Positions 37,624-48,565 of a DNA stretch of 64,000 nt are shown in pieces (position 1 is the first letter of the stretch; each line of letters begins with the position of its first letter). The notes beneath the pieces are model-generated. The model saw nothing but the letters and a program-made list of their open reading frames with translations, did not search any database and had not been told where the DNA came from. The position numbers and the translations under genes are program-made. Source of the DNA: Eledone cirrhosa (lineage: Eukaryota); the NCBI GenBank assembly GCA_964016885.1, contig OZ024743.1:327422001-327486000 (forward strand), written 5' to 3'.

Positions 37624-37715
37624 GTTTGTTGTTATTTTTAAGGCTGGTAGATTGGCAGTCGTTAGAGCGTCGGACAAAAAGAAATGAGATGAACATTTAT
37701 GCTTCTCTATTGCAG

Positions 37716-37961
37716 GTCATCAGACTTCTGCTGAGTCTTGGGGTACTGGTCGTGCTGTAGCTCGTATCCCTCGTGTACGAGGAGGAGGTACTCACAGATC
37801 AGGTCAGGGAGCGTTTGGTAATATGTGTCGTGGAGGTCGTATGTTTGCTCCTACCAAAGTCTGGAGGCGTTGGCATAGAAAGATCAACTTGAATCAGAAG
37901 AGGTATGCTATGTGTTCTGCAGTAGCTGCTAGTGGTATCACTTCCCTGGTCCAATCAAAGG
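37716..37961 (+). CDS. RPL4: RPL4 exon 3 ([47 protein letters not shown]..)
   Basis: Invariant uL4 loop motif; tgcag/gtaagt. Confidence 0.97.
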
Positions 37962-38070
37962 GTAAGTCTTAAAGCACATTTTTATGTTTAACCATTTCGT
38001 TACCATATTTCTAATTAAATACAGTTTTAATTCATAGAAAATAATCCAAAATTTTGGGCGATTATAAAAT

Positions 38071-38373
38071 ATCATCATTTTCATTTCATTTTACGTCCGC
38101 TTTTCCCTGCTTGTAAGGGTGGGACGGGAACTGATACTGGCTTGATTTCTACAGCTGGATGCCCTTCCTAACAGCAACCTCATTTACAGTGAGTGCTGGG
38201 TGCTTTTTTGCAGTGGAATGATAGGGACCCCAGTCCCTATCATCTCATTTCTACAGCTGAGTAAACTGGAGCAATCTGAAATAAAGTGTCTTGCTCAAGG
38301 AAACAACACATCACCCGGTCTGAGAATTGAACTCACAACCTTTCGATTGCAAGGCCAATGCTCTAACCACTAA
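38071..38373 (-). mobile_element. SINE, same family, antisense in RPL4 intron 3
   Basis: Reverse complement of the 12035-12414 type. Confidence 0.8.
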
Positions 38374-39650
38374 CCCAGTAATCTAGTATAAAATTATGGG
38401 GGAGTGTTTTAATATGTGTGGACACTTTAAAATAAGCAGTTTTGTATCACAACTACAAGTGGTTTCCTGTCGGTTGATATTGAAAGGGTTAATATGGGTG
38501 GTGGTTGTGTTTTATATTGAATATGTATTCTCACAAATCTGTTAAAACGAAAAAAGTAATTGTTGTATAGCCCTTCTACGTTAACAATATATTTTTTGAA
38601 AACTGTAAAACAACAATGCAACTACATCACATTAAAAATTAGTTTTTAGTTCACTGCAAATTTCCACAGTGGGCTGTCACTTGTAAAAGTATTGTGAGCA
38701 TTTGAATGTGTTAGCCCTTTTGATTTCAATCTGTAATAGAGAGACCACACCATCATGTTCATATCTCAATCTCCAGTGATAACGTAGGATTTCAGTGGGT
38801 TGACAGCATAATATATCAAGTTAGTGTGTATTTTATAGAAACTTTTGATTATATTGAAAAGCACTGCAGTCTAATCATAAATATTGTCTTGAAAGGGTTA
38901 ATACACAGCTAATTTGTCTCAAGATAACTTTGGTCTATTAGGCAATATCATATCATAGTAGAATACCCTCAATACTAAAAATGGTTGTCCAACAAATGAG
39001 GTTTGAGATAACGTAGGTGGGTTTCTACATTTTTGCTAAGTATACAACTCTGATGTTGGTATCAGTTTGAGTTTATACTGAATATGAATAAGATATCCTC
39101 CAGTCAGTCTGGGTTTTTTATACCAAAAAGAATTCTGGCTCTGATTGTCCAAGCCATGACATCATGTGGTTCTAATCTAAAATTATGCCATTTCATAATG
39201 AAAGATGTGATTGTCGAAAGCTTTTGAAAATGGTAACATAACTTGCTATTAAGCTGGGTTAAAAATTGTTGGACAAATATGTCAAATTGGAGACTTCATG
39301 GTGTGTGCATTTTTGCTATAGAGTTAATTCCATGCAGTCTAAGTGTCTTTCATTAGAAATATGGGCTACTGTTGCTAGCTCCGCTGCCTGGAATGAGTCT
39401 GTATGAACTACACATCTGTATTTTCGGATGATAGCTGAAGACTTGCCTTTTCAGGTAATACTATGAACTGCCTTAGGGTGTCTGAGTATTCTTTTGCTTT
39501 GGATATTTGGCAATGTATAAGTGCTTTATTATTATTGTAGTTGTAGTCTTTAATGGTGTGGGCTGTATAGGTCTAGAATTATATGGGATAAACCTACTTT
39601 TCTATATTATGAAGTAGCAGCCAGCTAATGTGGAGACATGGTTGTTTTAG

Positions 39651-39775
39651 GTCATCAAGTCAATGAAGTTCCTGAGATTCCACTGGTTATCACTGACAAA
39701 GTCCAGGAATACAAGAAAACTAAAGATGCCGTCACTTTATTAAGACGTTTGAAGGCATGGAGTGACATTGAAAAG
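39651..39775 (+). CDS. RPL4: RPL4 exon 4 ([33 protein letters not shown])
   Basis: ORF 39638..39877; ttttag/gtttg. Confidence 0.95.
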
Positions 39776-39837
39776 GTTTGTATAAAGTTTATAGTTTTGT
39801 CTCTAGGCGTGCTTCATGAGATGAGGTTCTTACAACT

Positions 39838-39912
39838 GCAAAGATATGATGATGTTATATTCGGTCTGTGTTCTTGACAGCAATGATATCAATGTAATAT
39901 ACTGATCTTTGC
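39838..39912 (+). ncRNA. SNORD18: U18/SNORD18-like C/D-box snoRNA, variant copy (RPL4 intron 4)
   Basis: C box ATGATGA 39846-52, guide GGTCTGTGTT, D' TTGA, D CTGA 39902-05, terminal stem gcaaaga/tctttgc. Confidence 0.7.
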
Positions 39913-40099
39913 TTAATTCATAACGTCTTTTACCTCATAATTTAAAATTTCGGCTGTAATTGTTCATAAGTAAAGTTTTACTAAGAAATGTTCGAATTAA
40001 AGAATTGGTTTTTAGATATTATTTTTAGTAATTCATTACAGAAAGTTAAAATCCTCTTGTTTGAGTGAGTGGTTTAATTTAACCATTTAGTTGCCATAT

Positions 40100-40363
40100 G
40101 GAGGCACATGGCTTAGTGGTTAGAGCATTGGGCTTGCAATCAAAAGATTGTGAGTTCAATTCTCAGACCGGGTGATGTGTTGTTTCCTTGAGCAAGACAC
40201 TTTATTTCACATTGCTCCAGTTTACTCAGCTGTAGAAATGAGATGATAGGACTGGGGTCCCTATCATTCCACTGCAAAGTGGTCATGGAGGTTCCACGGA
40301 AAAAAAGCACCCAGCACTCACAGTAAATGGGGTTGGTGTTAGGAAGGGTATCCAGCTGTAGAA
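40100..40363 (+). mobile_element. SINE, same family, 3'-truncated, in RPL4 intron 4
   Basis: Head GGAGGCACATGGCTTAGTGGTTAGAGC through tail GGAAGGGTATCCAGCTGTAGAA. Confidence 0.8.
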
Positions 40364-40408
40364 TCTGTTTTGTGTAGGTTGGTTTCTTATTCTATCTTTC
40401 TCTTTCAG

Positions 40409-40538
40409 GTCTATAAATCCAAGCGTTTTCGAGCTGGCAAGGGTAAAATGAGGAATCGGCGCAGGATTATGCGTAAAGGACCTGTTCTTATTTATGAGAA
40501 GGACAACGGAGTTGTGAGGGCTTTCCGGAACATTCCTG
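40409..40538 (+). CDS. RPL4: RPL4 exon 5 ([35 protein letters not shown])
   Basis: '[11 protein letters not shown]' motif; tttcag/gtaagt. Confidence 0.96.
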
Positions 40539-40989
40539 GTAAGTTGGACTTTGTGCATGGTTTCAAAATAGCCCGCAAGACTGTCTTTAAAATAAGAATT
40601 CAAAACAAAGATAGTGGAAACCTTTGAAAATCACTACGGTTTCGGTCCAATGAAATTGATGCTGTTCATTCCTATGCACTTAGGCGAATTACACATTTGA
40701 GCAATTTTGAAAGTACATTAGCTTATTGTAAGCCAACATACTTTCAATGTAGGTGATGAATTGGCAGTCATTGGAACATCTGTATTTCTTCCAGCTAACT
40801 GCTCCGAATTCAAATCCCATTATGGTCAACTTCGCTTTTTATGCTTTCAGTGATAAAACTGGACCTGGTTTTGCTCTGCATTCAACGTCATTGACTTGTA
40901 GTTGAAAATATTATTTTAAGGCTCGCTCAGTTGATAGTGTTTAGTCTGATAATGAAATGTGTGTAATGGCATCAGTTCTGCTACTTTCA

Positions 40990-41055
40990 CTAGTTTTGAT
41001 GTTATCGATCTGTGTTCCTGAAAAATGATGTCAATCTAATATCCTGATCTTTACT
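40990..41055 (+). pseudogene. Degenerate U18-like snoRNA copy (RPL4 intron 5)
   Basis: GATCTGTGTTC-CTGA..ATGATG..AATATC-CTGA-TCTTT aligns to the intact copies; C box damaged. Confidence 0.55.
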
Positions 41056-41254
41056 TAACTCTCTTGATACCAGCCCGCTCAGAACTGTATCTGCTGCTAT
41101 GCAACAGAACCACTTATTTTATAAAGGGTTCTTGGTTAAATTAAAACACTCTAGCATGTGTTTTTGCTAAATACTCTTGTAAAGAAATAATAATTTTAGT
41201 AAATCTCATGAAATTCTTTAATTTAAATATAGTGCATTTCAGTTAAGTTTTTAA

Positions 41255-42258
41255 CCCTTTAGTGTTGAAATCGCCCGATAACACCTACACTAAAAAAATT
41301 GTTCTAAAAATAAACAAACTATCATCAAAATCTCGTCAGTGCGAGATTAGGCTTTTACCGCGAAAATTAATACTCAATATAGTGAAACAACTTAAAACAA
41401 GTGTTTTTTTAACTTTGAAAGTACAACAAATTTTTTTTTTTTTTTTTTTTGTATCAACATGGCTTATGAAAGTAGCGATACCGACTTGGAAGGTTTTACA
41501 CACAACGACATTCAGAATAAACAAGAAACAAACGATAATATTAGTGATTTATCTTCAAATGAATCTGATGTTTATATTTCTGAAATTTCGTCCGAGGATG
41601 ATTGTTTTGAAAGTGAAAACGGAGATCTCCAGGATGCCTTTGAAAATATTACAGCAACGTGGTTGAAAAATACCACACCAATACATGTTCCCAATTTTAT
41701 TCAAAATACTGGTCCACAACACACATTAGCTCCCGATGCTAAAGCACTGGATTATTTCTTTTTCTTTTTACCACAAACTTTCTTCGAAGTTGTGGCAGAA
41801 AAGATTAATCGATATGCCCAACAACAGATTTCAAATCGAGGAAAACCTGATCTGTTTGGCAACCAACAGATGCAAACATTTTTTACCATGAATATTATGT
41901 TCTGTATAAAACAATTTCCATTACTGGAACTCTGATATAAGGTTTAGTGATCCTTGTATATCAAGTATTATGCCGAAAACAACGTATTTAAAATTAAACC
42001 AGTATTTGCACCTGGTTGATACTTCAAATTAATTTCACCTGTCCATAAAAGTCAAATTTGGCCCCAAAAAATCAAGTAAAATTATATAATTGTAAATTAT
42101 TGATATTTAAACATCTACTGACAAAATTTCAAGCCTACACATAGAAAATTAAGAAAATTACAAACAGATAAAAGCAATAACCCTCTTGAGTGTGATTAAC
42201 TCAAAATAATGCGAACAGATAAGCATGACGTTTGAAAATTAATGCGAATGCTAAAGCG
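41255..42258 (+). mobile_element. piggyBac, internally deleted (RPL4 intron 5)
   Basis: TTAA|CCCTTTAG..CTAAAGCG|TTAA; N-terminal transposase ORF 41459..41935. Confidence 0.88.
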
Positions 42259-42452
42259 TTAATGTGCAAAAGAGAAAGACTGAACTGTAGTGTGGGTGAC
42301 AGTGGTATAAGCTGATCTTAGTCTGAATCTCACAAGAGATATGTTTTGTTGAATCAGAATGAGTATGTTAGTACATAGTTTTCATTTTCTCATGTTACAA
42401 GTTGTGCTTGGTGCTAATTATGTCTAACATTTAATATTATAATACATTGTAG

Positions 42453-42609
42453 GTATCACAACATTGAATGTAAAACATCTGAATCTGAGGAAGGTTGCTC
42501 CTGGTGGCCATGTTGGTCGATTCTGTATCTGGACTGAGTCTGCCTTTAGAAGGTTGGATGGTATTTATGGTACATGGTCAACTCCATCAAAGGAAAAGGT
42601 GGATTTCAA
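42453..42609 (+). CDS. RPL4: RPL4 exon 6 ([31 protein letters not shown]..)
   Basis: '[17 protein letters not shown]' motif; ttgtag/gtaagt. Confidence 0.96.
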
Positions 42610-42911
42610 GTAAGTGGCTATTGCTGTTGATTAACTGGCTTACTGTGGTGCTGAGGGATGGGTCTTTTTTTAGCTGGTAGACATGTCTCCAAAACCAAGG
42701 GCTCGTTAATTTTTTCCTCTGTGCTTCCATGCTGTCTTCAGTTAAAGGCAGGAGATGTCACTTAGCGTATTAATTTATAGAAGAATAGCAGTATATATAT
42801 ATATTGTCCATACCATATTGCTGTGAATCCCTCCTATCCGGTGCCGGTTTTTATTATGGGTAGCTCGTGGATTCTACATGTACGAAACCCTATGTATGTA
42901 ATAGGATTAAT

Positions 42912-42985
42912 GCAGAGGAGTGATGACTTTATATTGGTCCGTGTTATTGACAGTAATGATGTTTCTACAATATCCTGACCTTTGC
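42912..42985 (+). ncRNA. SNORD18: U18/SNORD18-like C/D-box snoRNA (RPL4 intron 6)
   Basis: C box GTGATGA 42920-26, guide TTGGTCCGTGTT complementary to LSU rRNA AACACGGACCAA, D' TTGA, C' ATGATG, D CTGA 42975-78, 7-bp terminal stem with K-turn geometry; vertebrate SNORD18 is also hosted in RPL4. Confidence 0.9.
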
Positions 42986-43444
42986 TTAATTCTTAACATC
43001 CTGTACCACATGAAACCATAGTAGCAAAACATTCTTGAAATGTACAAAACAGTACTATAACTGCATCATAGTTATATTTGATTTCAACTAAAAATTTCCT
43101 CAAATTCCATATCAAGTTTGGTTTTTTTTTTTTTTTTTTTTTTTGAAAATTGAAATGGCAAGTAGGATAATCCTGCTTGTTCACAAAATGTTAAACACAG
43201 TTGTTTAGTGTTGTGAGATTGAGGTGTTGACTGATAACAAGGTGCTGGTTTTTATCTTGAGAAACAAGTTTACACAAAGAAATTGTGCATATATACATCG
43301 GTGTGCCATTTCTTTCAGATATATGTGCAGCCTATAATACTTATATTTCATCATTATGATATACCAAGTACCTTTTTTGTTGCAACAACACTGGTTTGAA
43401 GGGTCCCTTCAGCTAATTGGGTATTAACTGTTTTTATATTTCAG

Positions 43445-43528
43445 TCTGCCAATGCCAAAGATGGCCAACTCAGATTTGACCAGAATTTTGAAGAGTGAGG
43501 AAATTCAAGCTGTGTTGAGAAAGCCTTT
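43445..43528 (+). CDS. RPL4: RPL4 exon 7 (LPMPKMANSDLTRILKSEEIQAVLRKP)
   Basis: uL4 C-terminal domain; tttcag/gtaagt. Confidence 0.95.
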
Positions 43529-43920
43529 GTAAGTTTTTGTTTCTTAGTGTGTTGTTTGATTACTCTGTATGTCTAGGGCATTGTTTGTTAGTCCCTGGTT
43601 ATGATCACATCCTAATTACGTGTACTGTAATTAGGAATAGCTATTATTTCTAGCAATTACTGCTACTGTTCAGAGCCTCTATTACAGATTTTGAAACTGA
43701 AGTGTTCCAATAAATCAGCTTCACTATACTTGTGGAAGTATGGTTGTTTTGGGTTCAGTCCCACTACATCGCACCTTAGTCAAGTGTCTTGTTGAAATTT
43801 GGTAGGCAGAAACTGCAGGTGTTGGTTATTTGTGTGTGTCTGTCCTATAACTGCAATTCAACAAATAGAAATTAATGAAACCAGTTGGATTGATTTTGCC
43901 AACAAAGCCATTGAGGACTT

Positions 43921-43992
43921 GCAAAGGAATGATGATTCTATATTGGTCCGTGTTGCTGATAGCCATGATATTGTTACAATATACTGACTTGC
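43921..43992 (+). ncRNA. SNORD18: U18/SNORD18-like C/D-box snoRNA (RPL4 intron 7, proximal)
   Basis: C box ATGATGA 43929-35, guide TTGGTCCGTGTT, D' CTGA 43956-59, D CTGA 43984-87, short terminal stem. Confidence 0.88.
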
Positions 43993-44000
43993 TCAGTTGT

Positions 44001-44363
44001 TTAACCCTTTAGCATTTACTATTATATTTTCATGGTAAATGCGTTCACATAATATCGAATCTGAGATTTTGAGAATAATACCGTAACATCAATATGAGCA
44101 ACCAGTTACAGCTGGTTTGAATGCTAAAAGGTTAAACCTTTCATGACTAACTTTTTTGATGAAATGCATTCTATTTTGTTTTAAACTGGCCGTATCCAGC
44201 CAGAATTCTCTCATCTCTTTCCGTTCAATCCAGCCACTCCTACTGATGTTACGGCATTGTTCTCAAAATAATTATCAAAATCTCAGATTCAATATTACGT
44301 GAGATAAGGCCTTTACCATGAAATTATAGTAAATATAGAGTAATGTAAATGCTAAAGGGTTAA
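44001..44363. mobile_element. Two TTAA-type MITE fragments in inverted orientation (family also at 3363-3575 and 6115-6308)
   Basis: TTAACCCTTTAGCATTTAC..GTAAATGCTAAAGGGTTAA ends. Confidence 0.7.
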
Positions 44364-44625
44364 ATATGAGTGGCTTTATTTTATAGAGCTGGGGTGGATA
44401 TCAGGGTGGTTGAATATTATATTAGGTTCATGAAGTGACAATATTGGCACAAAATAACATTTCACTTACAGAATGTTAAACCTCTTGTTACCATATTTCT
44501 AATGAAAGACATTGCCTATGGTTTTCAAAATTTGTTTGGTGGGGATTCTCTAATATAATTTTCTTGCGTGTTTTGGAGCATAGCTTAACTTACTTAGGCT
44601 TTTGCATACAATTATGATAGGTTAA

Positions 44626-46832
44626 CCCTTTAGCATTCGCATTAATTTTCAAATGTCATGCTTATCTGTTCGCATTTATTTTGAGTTAATCATACTCAAG
44701 AGGGTTATCAATTTTATTTGTTTGTAATTTTCTATGTGCAGACTTGAAATTTTGTCAGATGTTAAAATATCAATAATTTACAATTGTATATTTTTCCCAA
44801 TTTTTTTATTTGACTTTTATGGGCAGGTGAAATTTATTAACAGGTGTAAAAGTAATGACTTTATGGATAAACACAAAAATTAAAACTTTATCTGACTTAC
44901 ATGTTAGATTTGTTACAAAGAATATCCATTCCGAACAGATGAATTAATTTAAAATGCAGGTGTTTTTGTATCTAATGTATTCCAATATATTTTTTCAATA
45001 TTGTCAGACAATATTTCTATCGTGATATGGATCCAAAACAGCCTTTACATAATAGCACTTTGCAAAAGGAACACATAAATGTGGTTTCAATTCCATAACC
45101 TTTGTTTTTCTCTTTTGCAAAGAGCACATTCGGCAAACCTTCCTCCCATTAATTTTCTCCACTTTTCCGTGTTCACCTCAGATAATTTTGACTTTCTCCC
45201 AGGTTTGTGTTTACGAGAAGAATATCCTCCACGTAGCTGAGAGGCAACGTCTACACAAAATTTCATGTGGCAGTAGTCCTTTGGTGGTGGCGGATTCTTG
45301 TGGCTTTTAGTGAATACAATAAAAGAATTCACAATGGTTAAATTCACTAAAAGCCACAAGATATATCTCCACCATTTCTTCCCAGGGCGTCCAACTGGGT
45401 AGTAGGCGCAATATTGGTCGGATTTGTCAACCCCACCCATATATTTATTATAGGAGAGGTTGGCTAAAGGTTTACCTTCAGCCCAACTCCTGGTTGTTGG
45501 TTAGAAGATAGGAACAAAATTTGCCATTTGTCTTTATACAACGTGGCTAGCAAGTTCCCTTTTTGCACTTGGAGAATGTCACCTCTCTTTTTAAATTTTA
45601 TGACTTTCATTTCTTGGGGTAGCCCTTTGCGATTCCCCATTATTGTACCGCAGGTGTACGTATTTACGAGGGCAAGATCCTCTGCTCGATGCAGTGAAGA
45701 AAAAAAACGATCAAGATATATGTGTCTGTGTTGAGAGTGGAAGAGTTTGGTCAGAGACCACACAACATCGTACCCCAAGCCATTTTTTCTCTCTCCGTTG
45801 TTTCTTTCTTGTGTAAACATCAAAGTTTGCACAGTAGCCTGTGTCCGATTCACAGAGTTCCCACATCTTGATGCCCCATTTAGTGGGATTAGCTGGCATG
45901 TATTGTCTAAAACGAACTCTACCCTTATACCCAATCATAGCTTCATCAACACTAAGATTTTTCCCAGGTATATACACTGTTTTAAATTTTTCAGAGAGCA
46001 TTTTAATTACTGGTTGAACTCTTTATACAGAGGGTCATAATTCAAATCATTTCTACCAGGGGCATTTGAAGTATCAACCAGGTGCGAATATTGGTTTAAT
46101 TTCAAATACCTTGTTTTTGGCATAATACTCGATATATAAGGGCCGCTAAACCTTATATCAGTGCTCCAGTAATTCCAGTCTTGGAAATTGTTTTATACCA
46201 AACATAATGTTTATGGTAAAAAAACGCTTGCATCTCCGCAGCATCTGTAGGTCACCATAACTGATCGGGTTTTCTTCGATATGAAATCTGCTGTTGGGCA
46301 TATCGATTCTGCTCCAAAGAAGTTTGTGGCAAAAACAAAAAGAAATAATCCAGTGCTTTAGCATCGGGATGTAATGTATGCTGTGGACCAGTATTTTCAA
46401 CAAAATTGGGAACATGTATTGGTGTGGTATTTTTTTACCATGTTGCTGAAATATCTTCAATGCGGCCTGAAGATCTCCTTCGTTTTCACTTTCAAAACAA
46501 TCATCGTTGGGCGAAATTTCAGAAATATAAACATCAGATTCATTTGAAGATAAATCACTAATATCATCTTTTGTTTCTTGTTCATTCTGAATGTCGTGTG
46601 TAAAACCTTCAAAGTCGATATCGCTACTTTCATAAGCCATGTTGATACAAAAAAAAATCTGTTCTACTTTCAAAGTTAAAAAAAACACGTGTTGCTTTAA
46701 GTTATTTCACTATATTGTTAATTTTCGCAGTAAGGGCTTAATCTCGAATTGACGAGATTTTGATGATGGTTTGTTTATTTTTAGAAAGATTTTTTAGTGT
46801 GGGTGTTTTCAGGCGGTTTGAACACTAAAGTG
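44626..46832 (-). mobile_element. piggyBac, near full length, frameshifted PGBD4-like transposase (RPL4 intron 7)
   Basis: TTAA target duplications, CCCTTTAG TIR; catalytic motifs 'SVDEAMIGYKGR', 'YLDRFFSS', 'MGGVDKSDQ'. Confidence 0.92.
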
Positions 46833-47002
46833 TTAAATGACATTGCCAGATTTTGAGAGATAGTTATATTGTCCATGTTTCAGTGTTCCTTTGTGTTAAG
46901 ACAACTATTTTATTGAGCCACCAGTCCGTTCTGCCTAAGATGGGTTACCTTTGCTATGCCTTGTGGATTCTACATGTACCCTATGTATGTAATAGGATTA
47001 AT

Positions 47003-47076
47003 GCAGAGGAGTGATGACTTTATATTGGTCCGTGTTGTTGACAGTAATGATGTTTCTACAATATCCTGACCTTTGC
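47003..47076 (+). ncRNA. SNORD18: U18/SNORD18-like C/D-box snoRNA (RPL4 intron 7, distal)
   Basis: Differs from the intron-6 copy by one base; C box 47011-17, D box 47066-69. Confidence 0.85.
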
Positions 47077-47341
47077 TTAATTCTTAACATCCTGTACCAC
47101 ATGAAACCATCGTAGCAAGGCATTCTTGAAAAGTACAAAACATAGTTATATTTGATTAAGACTGCATTGCATAGTGTTAGAGTAGAGGGCAAAATGATTT
47201 CTGTGGTGGGTACAATAAAGTACCAATAACGGATAGTAGGTTGGTGGTATTGTTGGAGCCAGTTTGAAGGTGGTGGGTAGGTGTCTCAACATAGAGTATA
47301 TGCAATCAGGGTGGATGAGTGAGGTATCTCAACTCACTGAT

Positions 47342-47407
47342 GCAAAAGAATGATGGTATATTGATCTGTTGATAATCATGATATTAACACAATATCCTTA
47401 CTTTTGC
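47342..47407 (+). pseudogene. Degenerate U18-like snoRNA copy
   Basis: Stem gcaaaag/cttttgc kept; C box ATGATGG, truncated guide, D box mutated to CTTA. Confidence 0.55.
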
Positions 47408-47631
47408 TTCTTGATTTTGTGTTTATTTCAAAAAGTTGTTGATTGCAATAGTTAACTGAAGTTGTACAGTGTACCAACACTACAGTGTTTAGTGGCAATA
47501 GTTGTTGGTGGTTTATCTTGGTTGATAATAACATTACATCTGTTATCTAAGACACCCTGTGGGAGGAAAGTACACAAGATACGGGCACGGGTGAAACAAC
47601 CCTTTCTGTCCTGTTGTGTGTGAGCGATAGA

Positions 47632-47696
47632 TGCAGGGTAATGACATATTGGTTTGTTCTGTTGTAATGATGTCACTTATATATCCTGACCTTTAC
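47632..47696 (+). pseudogene. Degenerate U18-like snoRNA copy
   Basis: ATATTGGTTTGTT..TAATGATG..ATATC-CTGA-CCTTT aligns to the intact copies; C box and guide damaged. Confidence 0.5.
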
Positions 47697-47794
47697 TCCA
47701 CTTTCTCATATTTCTAATGAAGGACACCTTGCCATTCTATTTTATAATTCTAGGTTCTAGTTGCTATTGTCTCATTAATAATTGTTTATTACAG

Positions 47795-47954
47795 GAGGAG
47801 GATAAATAGATATCAGTTGAAAAAGAATCCATTGAAAAATTTCCGAGTGATGGTCAAATTAAATCCATATGCCGCTGCCATGAAGAGGAGTGCCATTCTT
47901 TCCCAGAGGGTCAGGAGGGTTAAGAAGGAACAGCTGACTGCTAAGAGCGACAAG
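47795..47954 (+). CDS. RPL4: RPL4 exon 8 ([34 protein letters not shown])
   Basis: 'KKNPLKN..KLNPYA' motif; ends at AAG|GCAAGT (GC donor). Confidence 0.92.
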
Positions 47955-48316
47955 GCAAGTACTCTTGTAATTATAGTTAAGCTTTTTTACCCCTTTCTAT
48001 TTTTTAAATAATGTTGGAGATATAACTAATTTTCTCATTATTAAGCTGGTATTTGTAGCATAGCTTACTAAAGATTCTGTTCTATATGATGTTATTATTA
48101 TATATAATACTGATAGGAAGAGCATCCGATCTTTGAAAGCCTGCCAAACAAAGAGTTAGTGGTGGGGTCTTGATAAAATGCACTCAGTAGTGATCAATAA
48201 CTTTCAATGACTTAGTTTGTGGCTGTCAGTATTAAGTTAACTCTGGAAAACAGACTATACTTGATCTTGTTTACTTTCTTTGGTGTTTCTACTATATATA
48301 TTTTCCTACATTTCAG

Positions 48317-48565
48317 AAGAAACAGTGTCTGGGTTTCAGGAAAAGACCTGTGAAATTGAGGCCTGTCAAGGGTGCTGATAATAAGATTGTAAGGAAGTCT
48401 AAATCAGTTAAGAAGCTTAGCAAACGTCCTACAAAGCCATTAAAAAAGACTGGGAGTGCAGCACAGAAAAAACTTGCTGCAGGAAAAAAGGTTGCAGCTA
48501 AGACCACCAAAAAGACTGATCCCAAAAAGCAGCAACCGGCTAAGGCAAAGGTTGCAGCGAAATAA
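48317..48565 (+). CDS. RPL4: RPL4 exon 9, Lys/Ala-rich C-terminal extension
   Basis: tttcag acceptor in frame with ORF 48350..48565; TAA at 48563-48565; AATAAA at 48593-48598. Confidence 0.9.
   Translation, partial: KKQCLGFRKRPVKLRPVKGADNKIVRKSKSVKKLSKRPTKPLKKTGSAAQKKLAAGKKVAAKTTKKTDPKKQQPAKAKVAAK

Noticed and set aside
35579-40408. U16/SNORD16 homolog, expected from vertebrate RPL4
   Set aside because: No TAATTTGCG-type guide within C/D boxes found by eye; a covariance search is needed to exclude it
48317-48565. Histone H1-like Lys/Ala-rich ORF as a separate gene
   Set aside because: Spliced in frame to RPL4 exon 8; a basic C-terminal extension is normal for animal uL4
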